DNA of 64,000 nt from NCBI GenBank assembly GCA_964016885.1, contig OZ024746.1:49910001-49974000 (forward strand), in the 5' to 3' direction. The notes under the pieces are model-generated. The model made no database searches and was not told the DNA's origin. It worked only from the letters and a program-made list of their open reading frames with translations. Numbering within the stretch: the stretch's first letter is position 1; each line of letters starts with the position of its first letter. The position numbers and the translations under genes are program-made. Below are positions 28,675 through 39,536 of the stretch, in pieces. Origin of the DNA: Eledone cirrhosa (lineage: Eukaryota).

Positions 28675-28986
28675 CAGTTGTCCCCCGGTATTCGCGGGGG
28701 TTATGTTCCTAGAGCACCGACGAAGAGTGAAAAACTGCGAATATTGGACGGGGTCCATAAAAATGCCTATAAACGTCAAAACATAATGTAAAATATAAGC
28801 TGTAAATACGGTATATTGTTATTAATAATTTAGCGTTAAAAAGCCTGAAATAATATATATTGCCACGAAAAAAGCCTGAAGATATTTACGATTCCGCAAA
28901 TATGCGGTGGTTTTCACGTTAGGTTCGCGTTAGGTTCTGAGGAAAATTCCGCGTATAAACGAGACCGCGAATTCCGGGGTACGCTG
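28675..28986. mobile_element. Tc1/mariner (pogo/Tigger-like) MITE, ~310 bp
   Basis: Imperfect TIRs CAGTTGTCCCCCGGTATTCGCG / CGCGAATTCCGGGGTACGCTG; TA on the right, (TA)n on the left. Confidence 0.75.
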
Positions 28987-29108
28987 TATATAAACATGAA
29001 ACTGAAAGTTCCAAATGCAGAAGGTAACTGTAATAACAGTAAATTCCTATTGAAAATTAGGTAAATTTAACTTAGAGACGAAAAAAAGTGGACTGTTATG
29101 TCTACACA

Positions 29109-29187
<79 letters not shown>

Positions 29188-29318
29188 GAAAATGTTTGAC
29201 CCCGACGGCAGAGCTCAAGCCGTTTCGACGGCTATTTCTGGACTCCATAAATAACCGTCGAAACGGCTTGAGCTTAGCCGTCGGGGTCAAACATTTTCAT
29301 ATAACCCGCTCTACTACC
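29188..29318. mobile_element. ~110-bp hairpin element inserted at (TA)n
   Basis: Near-perfect inverted repeat 29188-29298, then acccgctctactacc. Confidence 0.85.
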
Positions 29319-29554
29319 AAAATGATGGAAAGAGAACTCAACCGCAGCAGTTTTAGAACTCTGAGCGTAATGAACCGGAATAAATACAGTAACATTTAAT
29401 CCGATGCTCTAACGACTTTGTCAATTCTAATAACTGAATTAATACTAATTATCAGAAATACGCCTATAGAACATTAAACTCAATTAATAAAGATGTCTTC
29501 ACGAATCTTGATATAATGATAGACTGAAATTCTTGCACTAAGAAATACCTGGCA

Positions 29555-29742
29555 TGGTGGATTGGCAGTATCGGTAGAGGGTCGGACGCCATGCTTTCCA
29601 GTATAGTTACGTCCCTTTATGATCTGAGTTCAAATCCCGCCGAGGTTGACTTTGCCTTTCATCCTTACGGGGTCGATAAAATAAAGTACCAGTAATGCAC
29701 TGGGTAATTGCTGGCTTTGTGCCTAAAAGTAGAAACAATTAT
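29555..29742 (+). mobile_element. tRNA-derived SINE
   Basis: TGGCAGTATCGG A box, GAGTTCAAATCC B box, shared core. Confidence 0.9.
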
Positions 29743-29869
29743 TTTTAAGGACTATACCCCAGCTTTATGAATAATCCCACAACATGCCTCATGAATCCAA
29801 CAAAGACAGAACTAGGAAGCGATACAAAAACCATCCTATACTAAATCATAATAAACAAGAATAGACTTC

Positions 29870-30495
29870 CAACCAACTGGACATAATTGATTATTACCCA
29901 TTCATAACCGAGCTTCTACTTAAAAAAACCATAGATTGTGCTAAATATTACTTTACCATTACAGATATGAAAATAAGCCTGAGAGGAAATAAATTATTTA
30001 CTTTAATAATGATATATGAATAAAAATACATAATACATAAGCTTGGGAGCCAGACATTTCACGAAACTTTCAAATTTATCTGGCGTGTATATCAACTAAA
30101 TATGCAATGAATTCCAGTCTATCAACCTCGAAATTTATAGAGATGGTGGCTTCCTGATATATAAATCTGCCAAGGGACAACAGCAGCAAAATAAATGACT
30201 TTATAAAAGACTTCACTAAAATATTCAATGATGTGAACATTTAAAGTACCGTAAGAAACAACCTCAAAATAGTTAATTTGTTAGGCGCAACAGTTGGAGA
30301 AAAAACCTATTAAATCACACATTAAACTTAATGATTCAATACTATATATAAATCATAATTCCCGCGTCCCAACGTGTATTATTAGAAAGTTACACACACA
30401 TTTTGACTATAGAATCTCGATCATATCTTATGACAAGGTCTTATTTAATTGAGTATCATATGTTTATAATAATGCACGAGTATCTAGCCTTTCTA
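29870..30495 (+). pseudogene. Highly degenerate Penelope-like RT fragment, distinct from the 35-43 kb element
   Basis: Manual translation gives ordered remnants IDYYPFITE, LSGVYI, YRDGG, VNLLG, KLNDSILYINHNS, YRISIIS..YNNA, resembling a YRDD-type PLE RT. Confidence 0.5.
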
Positions 30496-30809
30496 GGCAG
30501 CGTCTAAAAATTAGAAGCATAATGATTGATTTGAAATAAATCATGTATTATCAGAATATATTTAGATTGAATAATAAAACTTACACCATATTATGAGATA
30601 AGCCACGTGTTTGCGAATCTTCAAATTGTAATAATATATAACATTCAATGGTTTCCTTTTGTGGATTGAGAGCATTAAATTCTCATACATATACACCTAC
30701 CTACATACATTCATACATGTATACACACATAATACATACATACATTCATACATAGCTACACACGCACGAACGCACGTATATGTAACCTAGAAAGAGAAAG
30801 GCTCTACCA

Positions 30810-30845
<36 letters not shown>

Positions 30846-30849
30846 GGAG

Positions 30850-31250
30850 AAAAAAATGAAATTTCATTTCTCACTCTTAGTACAGCTGATACTTAAATGT
30901 AAGTATGTATACGTACATACATATATGTATACAGACGTACAGTAGTATGTATATACATACATACATGCACACATATATATATATGTACGTATGGGTCTAC
31001 CGAACATTTATTATAATGCTCGGTTTGCTTGTAAACAAACAGCCCGAATTATTAGCCGTACAGTGTTCGGCAACCATTGCTGCTCTATTTGTTCAACACT
31101 GACAAAGGAACGATGAACTAGTTTCTAGCTTATTAGCTGTCATCAGCTGATTGAACGTTTGAAAGTATATACTTTCCTTAATCATATTATCGGCTGAGCA
31201 GCCTAATTTGCATATCGAGTGAGTTAGTCGGCCGGGCGTACCGAAAAAGG

Positions 31251-31252
<2 letters not shown>
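30850..31252 (-). mobile_element. Diverged copy of the ~460-bp HHR-bearing unit
   Basis: Colinear with the reverse complement of ~33965-34430; degenerate HHR core at 31111-31146; (TA)n on both sides. Confidence 0.8.
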
Positions 31253-31289
<37 letters not shown>

Positions 31290-31291
<2 letters not shown>

Positions 31292-31478
31292 AACGAGTAG
31301 GACCCCGACGGCTGAGCTCAAGCCGTTTCGACGGTTAATTCTGGACAGAATTAGCCGTCGAAACGGCTTGAGCTCAGCTGTCGGGGTCCTACTCGTTCCT
31401 AATACCCACTCTACTACCCTAAGTATTGAGTACTTTGGTGCGTTATGGTCCACCTGGTTCCTTACCACATTTCCTTCG

Positions 31479-31480
<2 letters not shown>
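31290..31480. mobile_element. ~110-bp hairpin element with 3' extension, in (TA)n
   Basis: Inverted repeat 31290-31399, then acccactctactacc... Confidence 0.85.
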
Positions 31481-31517
<37 letters not shown>

Positions 31518-31614
31518 TCTGCCTGGAGTTGCGACCGACAGATAGTATTAGCAATTGGAAAGACCAATGGAAACATTGTTTCCTCGGTCCGATTTGACTA
31601 GCGTCGATCGGCTG

Positions 31615-31966
<352 letters not shown>

Positions 31967-32414
31967 AAATTTTAGCACAAGCGGATAACTGCAAGGCGAT
32001 CCTCATTGACCGTTAAATTTTGAAGTTTTCACCTGGAAAGTCATTTTTTCAGATTAAAATTGTTTTATCTCATATAATTTTCTCTTAAATTAAATACTTG
32101 TTCAGATTTATTCTTGTGACAATAAATATAATGGGAACTTGCAAAGCTGAGGACAGAACGCAGGTATAGGGCAAACACCTATTTTCCGCTGTAGGAGAAA
32201 CAAATTTTAACTTTCGGAAAATTACCTATTGCTAAGGGCCACCCTAATATACATATATCCGTATGTGGTTGACAACTGAGAGAAATGAGTACTCGGTATT
32301 GAGTAATATATATATATATACTCTTCTAACTATCCTAGCTTTCATATTTCTCCTTGCTCCCACTTTCTCATTGTATTTGTATATAAACAAGTACATAGAT
32401 ACAAGGAGAAAGGG

Positions 32415-32860
32415 AGAGCAATGAGAAAAGGAGAGCACGGAAAGCAAGGAGAGCAATGAGAAAGAGATAGCAAGGAGAGCAAGGAGAGCAAGGAGAAAGG
32501 GAGAGCAAGGAGAACAAGTAGAGCAAGGAGAAAAGGAGAGCAAGGAGAGCAATGAGAACAATGAGAAAAGGAGAGCAAGGAGAGCAAGGAGAAGAAGGAG
32601 AAAGGGAAGGCAAGCAGAGGAAGGAGAGAAAAGGGGGAGGGTAAGGGGTAAGGGAGGAGAGGAGAAAAGAGGGAAGGGGATGAAAGGGAGTAGAGGGGGA
32701 ATGGGAGGAAGTGGAGGAAGGGGAAGTGGGTAAATAGAGGGGCAAGAGGAGGAAGGGTGGAAATGCAGGTAGGAGATGGAGGGCGGGGAGGTGAGGAAGG
32801 GGAGGATGGCGAGGCGTGAGGTAGAGGATCAATGGGAAGGGGAGGAATTGGATGATGATG
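32415..32860. repeat. Polypurine tract with gagcaagga / gagcaatga 9-mers
   Basis: Read directly. Confidence 0.9.
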
Positions 32861-33230
32861 AAGAGAAGTGCATATATACATATATCAGTATGTGTTTATA
32901 TATACAATGTATATATATATTTGCTGGGGGCTGCCTGGATGTGTCCACATAAATTTCTCTAAGATAAAAAAGAAAATGGTCGAGATAGGGAACAGTATAC
33001 CGCTTTTGAACGGAATTAATCGTTGTGTATACTATGTTCCAACTTCAAGGCGTTTGAGGGACGCCTAACAGTTGTCCGATTGAGCTGAAGTTTCGCACAC
33101 TCCGTTTTCTTGTTGATTGGATTAGGGGGTGGGAGCAACAACATTTTAACTTCATCCAGCCCTTCTTCTTCTTCTTCTTCTTCTTCTTCTTCTTCTTCTT
33201 CTTCTTCTTCTTCTTCTTCTTCTTCTCCTC

Positions 33231-33303
<73 letters not shown>

Positions 33304-33333
33304 AGTATGTATGTATACAGACGTACAGTAGCA

Positions 33334-33401
<68 letters not shown>

Positions 33402-33553
33402 TACAGGTACACATATATATATGTACGTATCAGTTTAGCGAACGTTTATTATAACGCCCGCTTTGTTCGTTTGTAAACAAGCGAACAGCCTGATTTATGC
33501 CATACGGTGTTAAGGCAACCACGTCACCTTTTTGTTCAACACTGACACAGGAA

Positions 33554-33594
33554 CGATGTACTAGTTTCAAGCTTGTTAGCTATCATCAGCACCG
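33554..33594 (-). ncRNA. Minimal type I hammerhead ribozyme
   Basis: Reverse complement of 34086-34126. Confidence 0.78.
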
Positions 33595-34085
33595 TATACC
33601 CTTCTGCCAGATAGTTGAACGTTCGAAAGTATATACTTTCCTTATGAAAATTAACTAGTACATCGTTCCTGTGTCAGTGTTGAACAAAAAGGTGACGTGG
33701 TTGCCTTAACACCGTATGGCATAAATCAGGCTGTTCGCTTGTTTACAAACGAACAAAGCGGGCGTTATAATAAACGTTCGCTAAACTGATACGTACATAT
33801 ATATATGTGTACCTGTATGCATATATATATATATATATATATATATGCATGCTACTGTACGTCTGTATACATATATGTATGTACGTATACATACATACTT
33901 ACATTTAAGTAAGTGCCGTACTAAGAGTGAGAAATGAAATTTCGTTTCATTATATTACAACTTATCGTTTTCGGTACGCCTGGCCGACTGAACTCACTCG
34001 ATATGCAAATTAGTCTGCTCAGCCGTTAATTTTCATAAGGAAAGTATATACTTTCGAACGTTCAACTATCTGGCAGAAGGGTATA

Positions 34086-34126
34086 CGGTGCTGATGATAG
34101 CTAACAAGCTTGAAACTAGTACATCG
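34086..34126 (+). ncRNA. Minimal type I hammerhead ribozyme
   Basis: CGGUG-CUGAUGA-U AGCU aaca AGCU U-GAAA-CUAG-UA|CAUCG; palindromic stem III ACUAGU, GUA cleavage triplet. Confidence 0.8.
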
Positions 34127-34278
34127 TTCCTGTGTCAGTGTTGAACAAAAAGGTGACGTGGTTGCCTTAACACCGTATGGCATAAATCAGGTTGTTCGCT
34201 TGTTTACAAACGAACAAAGCGGGCTTTATAATAAACGTTCGCTAAACTGATACGTACATATATATATGTGTACCTGTA

Positions 34279-34340
<62 letters not shown>

Positions 34341-34447
34341 TGCTACTGTACGTCTGTATACATATATGTATGTACGTATACATACATACTTACATTTAAG
34401 TGCCATACTAAGAGTGAGAAATGAAATTTCGTTTCATTATATTGCAA

Positions 34448-34543
<96 letters not shown>

Positions 34544-35223
34544 AATATATATATATATATATATACACATATATATATATTATTTTATGTTTTACGATGA
34601 CCTCTACTTCCCTTTTGGGGCCAGTGTGAATTTTCTTTTTGAAGGACTGCTTGACTTTCAAACTTAGCGGTCCTTCTAGCACTGACGGAGACTATCGCTG
34701 AATATTAATATCAATGTAGTTATCTATATTGATATTGCCTGGGCATCCACTGATGAGTTATAAGGGCCCACTTGCATGTATATCTATGTATTATATGCAA
34801 GCTTCTACATAATTTGGACATTATTTTTCCCACCTTGTAGAAATCTGATAACGAAATGATCGCATGGAAAGAAAGAGAGATTTATTTAATTATGCCTCAT
34901 ATAAAATAACACAGCCAACTATCCACGAAATACAACATAGTTAGCACCCCAAACGCATAACTGGGATTATACTCAGGTATATCCTAATGTTTGTTGAGTG
35001 AGATGGGTGTTGGTCGGAGTATCGCTAAAAGCTTTCTCTGTTAATGTATTAAGTGTATATATATATTGTTATACTTTGGGAGGGTCATGTTGCCAATAAG
35101 AAACACACGCACCAGTTGCTTTCACTTCAATTTAATTTAATATATATTTATAAATTTACAAATTTATAAATTTCTGGTTGGTTGGTTGGTTCCACAACCA
35201 GATAGTTGTTTATATATATATAT

Positions 35224-35268
35224 AGTCATAGTTCTTTCGTCACACACTCTGTGACCTCTTCAGTGACT
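35224..35268 (-). ncRNA. Minimal hammerhead ribozyme in PLE pseudo-LTR
   Basis: AGUCA-CUGAAGA-G-GUCAC agagugu GUGAC-GAAA-GAAC-UA|UGACU. Confidence 0.8.
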
Positions 35269-35565
35269 GGGGATTTCTTTCTTCGTTTCTGTGCCTTTCC
35301 TTTCTTCTATCCTACGCCATTTTGTTTGTGTGTGGGTTGCGTGCTCAGTTTGCGCATGCGCCACATCCGGGTGTCTGTGTGTGTTTGTGTTCATTTTTCT
35401 ATTTTTCTATTTATATTTGTTTGTTTATTTATTTATTTATTGTTGGTTGGTTGTTTGTTCTATGTGTGTGTGTGTTTTCATTTTGTCTTGTGTGTGTTTT
35501 CATTTTGTGTGTGTTTTCAATTGTAAGTTGTTTGTTCTATGTGTGTGTGTGTTTTCATTTTGTCC

Positions 35566-38262
35566 TTAATTGTAAGTTGTGATGTTGCTGTTCCACTCAT
35601 ATTTTCTATTTAATTTTGGTTTTAATTCTTTTATGCTTACTGCCTCTGTAATTTGCCTAAACATTGCGTCTTTCTTGTGTGTGGATTCTATTTTTATTTC
35701 TATGCTCTCTAATTTACCCCTGTGTTCTATCTTAGCATGTTGGTAGAGCACAGATGATTCTTTACTATCTTGGAGGTCTCGCCAGTGTTCATTTATTCGT
35801 TCCCCTATACTACGAGCTGTCTCACCTATGTACACTATATTTTTGTTTCTACATTGTCCTTCAGTACATCTTATGCTATATACTACATTTCTAGTTTTAC
35901 AGTTAATATGGGGGCTTATTTTACAGGTCATACATTTCTTATCTATACATGAGGGTCTTTGGAACGGGTATGTCTTGCTAATAAGTGTTTTTACGGAGGT
36001 ACCAGGTCTTTCTACTATCTTAATATTGAGATTATGTTTCTTTAGGGCCCTTCTAAATTTGTAGGCTAGTTCGCCTCTAGGGGTTGTATTGATGAACATT
36101 ACACTCTGGTATTTATTGCTATCATACCATGAGTTTATTCTATTGGCCTTGTTCTTAGTTCTTTCTATTCTATTCCAAAATTTGCTCCTATACAAGGGGC
36201 AGGTCCCATTTATGTCATTATTTACCATTTTTTCCCATTTGGTTCTGGCTCCTTTATACACTCTGATTCTATCTCTCTGATTGTAGCCAGAGAACTGCAT
36301 ACGGTGGATGAAGTGTTGTATGTGTCTCTCTAGTTCTTCGGGGTTGCACATGCGGGACACATTTCTCATCACCCGTATCAAATCCGCAATCAGTATGTTG
36401 ATTTTGGTATGGTCCGAAATGGCCGAGTTTCGGTGGATCAGATGTTTGGAAGTCATGGGTTTGGCATAATGGGAATGGAGGATTTGTTTTTGGTTGTTAA
36501 TAGTATCTAACCAGAGCTCTGTGTCTAGTACAGGTAATCGATGGTTGGGGTGTCTACTTGGGTAGTCTACAGTAACTCTAATGCTCTGGTGGATGGAGTT
36601 TGCTATTTGCTGGATGCTTTCCATTGTGTTTTTCTCTGGTTCCTGACTGTTCTTTAGTGGGGGTGTCTTAACTACGATGTTTATATCATCTACGTAGCGG
36701 GAGTACATTATCAGGGTTAAGCTGTCTTCTAATTGTTCTTTAAGTTTTTGTTTAAGTCTACTGTCCCACCATACCATGAACAAGTTAGCTATGTCGCCTG
36801 CAATGCTAACACCAATGGCTGCTCCTTCCTCTTGGGCATATGTTTTACCATTAAATTTGAACATATGTTCCTTAAGGGTTAATTTTATGCTGGCCCCTAC
36901 CGCATGTGCAATCATTTTCTTCAGTTCATCGTGGTTTTCGGGTGTCCGTGTGGCTCTGGTCCACCCGTTCCATCTATCTGTGTGGGTTTTCTTGGCCATT
37001 GAGGTAATGGTAGGTGGTCTGCCTCTTGCTGGTCTTGTAGGGCACAGGTTGCTAAGGTCATAAGTGTCTAGGTAACTATTACTATGGGTAAGCTTAAGTA
37101 GAAGTCCCAGCTCACTGGTATCAATCCCACGGAACTCAACCTTGCTCTCGCTGATCATTTCGACGCATTTCTCCACAGCAAAATCCACGTCAATAGATGG
37201 ATACAGGGACACAACATCCATACTGCCTATTATGCAGTTTGTTAGGTCCCCAGATCGGTTACCCGCGCCGATTCTGCTGAGGAGGTCCTCCGTGCTGTCA
37301 CACACATCTGGGGACATCTCAATGATGGGGCGTATGATCAGGGAGAGGAAGTAGGACAGTCTGTAGTTACTAGCAATGTTAGCCCCACAGACTGGCCGTG
37401 TTGGTGGTCCCGCGACAGGGTCCCAGCCCGTTTTATGGTCTTTTCGAAGCCCATACAACGCCGGCACGTCATTGTTCCAGGCCTGGAAGTTGTTGGCAGT
37501 CCTTTTGTTGGGCTGCATTATATTTGTCCACATCACCATATGGGCATTGAGGGTTTTTTCTCTATCCTCATGCTCCTGTGGTGTTACCTCTCTTGTGTTA
37601 GTGATGTGGGGTTGCATTGCCTGGATGTAGTTTGGCAGGCTGTCAACCGACATTCTGCCAGACTTGTCTGTTGGAAAGCATGCTATCTCTCCATTACGCG
37701 AGCGCTGCATGAGCTTACGCAAGCCATTTGCAGATTCTTCTCCCAGTTGCTGGGCCTCTATTCTATTATGCTTCTTGCTATACTGTTCTATAATATTTCT
37801 AAGTTCGGATTTAGCTATACTAAATTGTGCTTCTGTTTGTTCATCGACCTGCGACGGCAACTGCGTGCGTTTGTTAAATGGCAAAGTCGTGGCGTGGACT
37901 CGTCGTAGGTCGAATGATTTATCGGAGTGGTTATAAAACGGAGAGTTCCAGGCTGCTGCTTTATGTGTACTAGTGCTATTGTTAGTTGTGTTGTTTCTAT
38001 TTCCACCAACAGCAGCAGCCTCAGCTTCATGGTTGTTTCTATGTCTCTCATAATTACTCCTGTCTCTTTCCACTGGCTCAATGTTGTTATCTACCCTATT
38101 TTGTGTGTCTGTGTGTTCGTCTTGGTTATTCTCTTTGTCCTTAGTCTCCCTACTCCTTTTAATCCTATTACTTTCTCTTATTTCTCTGATTTCTGTGCTA
38201 CTGTCATTACTTGTTTTCTGTGTCTGTGTGTTTGTTAAGATTGTAGTGGTGGTGAGAGGCAT
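35566..38262 (-). CDS. PLE reverse transcriptase + GIY-YIG endonuclease (C-terminal part of polyprotein)
   Basis: TDKSGR, GSMDVVSLYPSI, GAAIG, RYVDD, LPVLD, HYAKP; Cys linker CIDKKCMTC; NVVYSIRC..YIGETARSIGERINEH..EA..LN. Confidence 0.93.
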   Translation of the reverse strand: MPLTTTTILTNTQTQKTSNDSSTEIREIRESNRIKRSRETKDKENNQDEHTDTQNRVDNNIEPVERDRSNYERHRNNHEAEAAAVGGNRNNTTNNSTSTHKAAAWNSPFYNHSDKSFDLRRVHATTLPFNKRTQLPSQVDEQTEAQFSIAKSELRNIIEQYSKKHNRIEAQQLGEESANGLRKLMQRSRNGEIACFPTDKSGRMSVDSLPNYIQAMQPHITNTREVTPQEHEDREKTLNAHMVMWTNIMQPNKRTANNFQAWNNDVPALYGLRKDHKTGWDPVAGPPTRPVCGANIASNYRLSYFLSLIIRPIIEMSPDVCDSTEDLLSRIGAGNRSGDLTNCIIGSMDVVSLYPSIDVDFAVEKCVEMISESKVEFRGIDTSELGLLLKLTHSNSYLDTYDLSNLCPTRPARGRPPTITSMAKKTHTDRWNGWTRATRTPENHDELKKMIAHAVGASIKLTLKEHMFKFNGKTYAQEEGAAIGVSIAGDIANLFMVWWDSRLKQKLKEQLEDSLTLIMYSRYVDDINIVVKTPPLKNSQEPEKNTMESIQQIANSIHQSIRVTVDYPSRHPNHRLPVLDTELWLDTINNQKQILHSHYAKPMTSKHLIHRNSAISDHTKINILIADLIRVMRNVSRMCNPEELERHIQHFIHRMQFSGYNQRDRIRVYKGARTKWEKMVNNDINGTCPLYRSKFWNRIERTKNKANRINSWYDSNKYQSVMFINTTPRGELAYKFRRALKKHNLNIKIVERPGTSVKTLISKTYPFQRPSCIDKKCMTCKISPHINCKTRNVVYSIRCTEGQCRNKNIVYIGETARSIGERINEHWRDLQDSKESSVLYQHAKIEHRGKLESIEIKIESTHKKDAMFRQITEAVSIKELKPKLNRKYEWNSNITTYN

Positions 38263-39356
38263 TGAATGTGTGTGTGTTGTTGTTGTTGATGTGTGTTGTT
38301 GTCTCCGTGTGTGTGTGTGTTATCGTTGTTGTGTGTGTTGTTATTGTTGTTTGTGTTTGCGTGTCTGTTGTTGTTGTATCTGGGTATGTTGCTGTTGTTG
38401 TTGTTGTTGATGTGTGTGTTGTTGTTATTGTTGTCTCCGTGTGTGTTGTTATTGTTGTTTGTGTCTGCGTGTCTGTTGTATCTGGGTATGTTGCTATTGT
38501 TGGTGTTGTATCTGGGTATGTTGCTATTGTTGTTGTTATTGTTGTTTGTGTCTGTGTGTCTGTTGTTGTTGGGATGTGTGTTGTATATGTGTGTGCGTAT
38601 ATTGTTGCTTTTGTTTTTGTTTTTGATGCTCCAGCGTAGTTTCGTAAATGATTTTTCTATTTCTGACAGACAACTAATCATATTTACCTTCTTGAATGTC
38701 GCAAATTTGGGTGGCAGACGTAACACAGACATTTCATTATTATCTATTTTCGTGTTTCCATAAATGTTGGTATTTTCATTGTTGAACTCTTCAGATAATG
38801 AGGTGTCGGCCATGTTGATACCGTCAATTTTGTCGGGATATCTATTGGTATACTCTATAGTATCCCGATTTAGCTTTGCCTGTTTAAGCCACTTTAATTT
38901 TCTGTTAAAGTGCTTATTACATTCTTGAGTAATGTACTGTTCTTCGGGGCGTATAAGGCTTATAAATGTTAGTTTTTCTGCTGGTGTGGTGATTTTAGAT
39001 ATTTCATCTATTAGGTTACGCTTTAGTTTTTCTTGATGACTTAATTCTCTATAGATCTTCTTTTTTATGTTTAGAATTAAAGTTCGTTTTAGCCTATCTG
39101 CTTGTTTTTTGGTGAGTTGTAATCTTCTAACGTCGGTATTGATGGTGTTGGTGTAGATTCTAGAAGTGGTGCACAGTTTTATGAAGTGTAGTTGTCGAGA
39201 TGTTATGGTTTTTCGTAGACAACAGAACATGGTGGTTTTCAGTATCTTGTTAGCCTGGCTAAGGCTTACGATATTTCGTTTCTGAATTTGTTTAGCAAGA
39301 TTCTTTATCTGAAATCGTGTGTTGAAACCGATATTGTTATACTTTGGGAGGGTCAT
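38235..39356 (-). CDS. PLE N-terminal region (basic, then Asn/Thr/His-rich), out of frame with the RT ORF
   Basis: ATG (MTLPKY) lies at the pseudo-LTR end; VLRLPPKFA...KLRW resembles PLE N-termini. Confidence 0.75.
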   Translation of the reverse strand: MTLPKYNNIGFNTRFQIKNLAKQIQKRNIVSLSQANKILKTTMFCCLRKTITSRQLHFIKLCTTSRIYTNTINTDVRRLQLTKKQADRLKRTLILNIKKKIYRELSHQEKLKRNLIDEISKITTPAEKLTFISLIRPEEQYITQECNKHFNRKLKWLKQAKLNRDTIEYTNRYPDKIDGINMADTSLSEEFNNENTNIYGNTKIDNNEMSVLRLPPKFATFKKVNMISCLSEIEKSFTKLRWSIKNKNKSNNIRTHIYNTHPNNNRHTDTNNNNNNNSNIPRYNTNNSNIPRYNRHADTNNNNNTHGDNNNNNTHINNNNNSNIPRYNNNRHANTNNNNNTHNNDNTHTHGDNNTHQQQQHTHIQCLSPPLQS

Positions 39357-39491
39357 GTTGCCAATAAGAAACACACGCACCAGTTGCTTTCACTTCAATT
39401 TAATTTAATATATATTTATAAATTTACAAATTTATAAATTTCTGGTTGGTTGGTTGGTTCCACAACCAGATAGTTGTTTATATATATATAT

Positions 39492-39536
39492 AGTCATAGT
39501 TCTTTCGTCACACACTCTGTGACCTCTTCAGTGACT
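39492..39536 (-). ncRNA. Minimal hammerhead ribozyme in PLE pseudo-LTR (upstream of the ORF)
   Basis: Identical to 35224-35268. Confidence 0.8.

Larger units (their letters stand above)
33300..34450. mobile_element. Non-coding HHR-bearing retroelement (retrozyme-like / non-autonomous PLE): inverted partial copy plus ~1.7 tandem units
   Basis: 33300-33655 minus; 33653-34450 plus with period 461 (actagt at 33654 and 34115); (TA)n flanks. Confidence 0.85.

Noticed and set aside
29555-29645. tRNA gene
   Set aside because: A/B boxes are present but there is no clean cloverleaf, and it continues into a multicopy SINE body.
35566-38262. Naiad/Chlamys-type or selenoprotein PLE; telomerase
   Set aside because: The endonuclease is C-terminal, HHRs are present, there is no in-frame TGA, and GIY-YIG excludes TERT.
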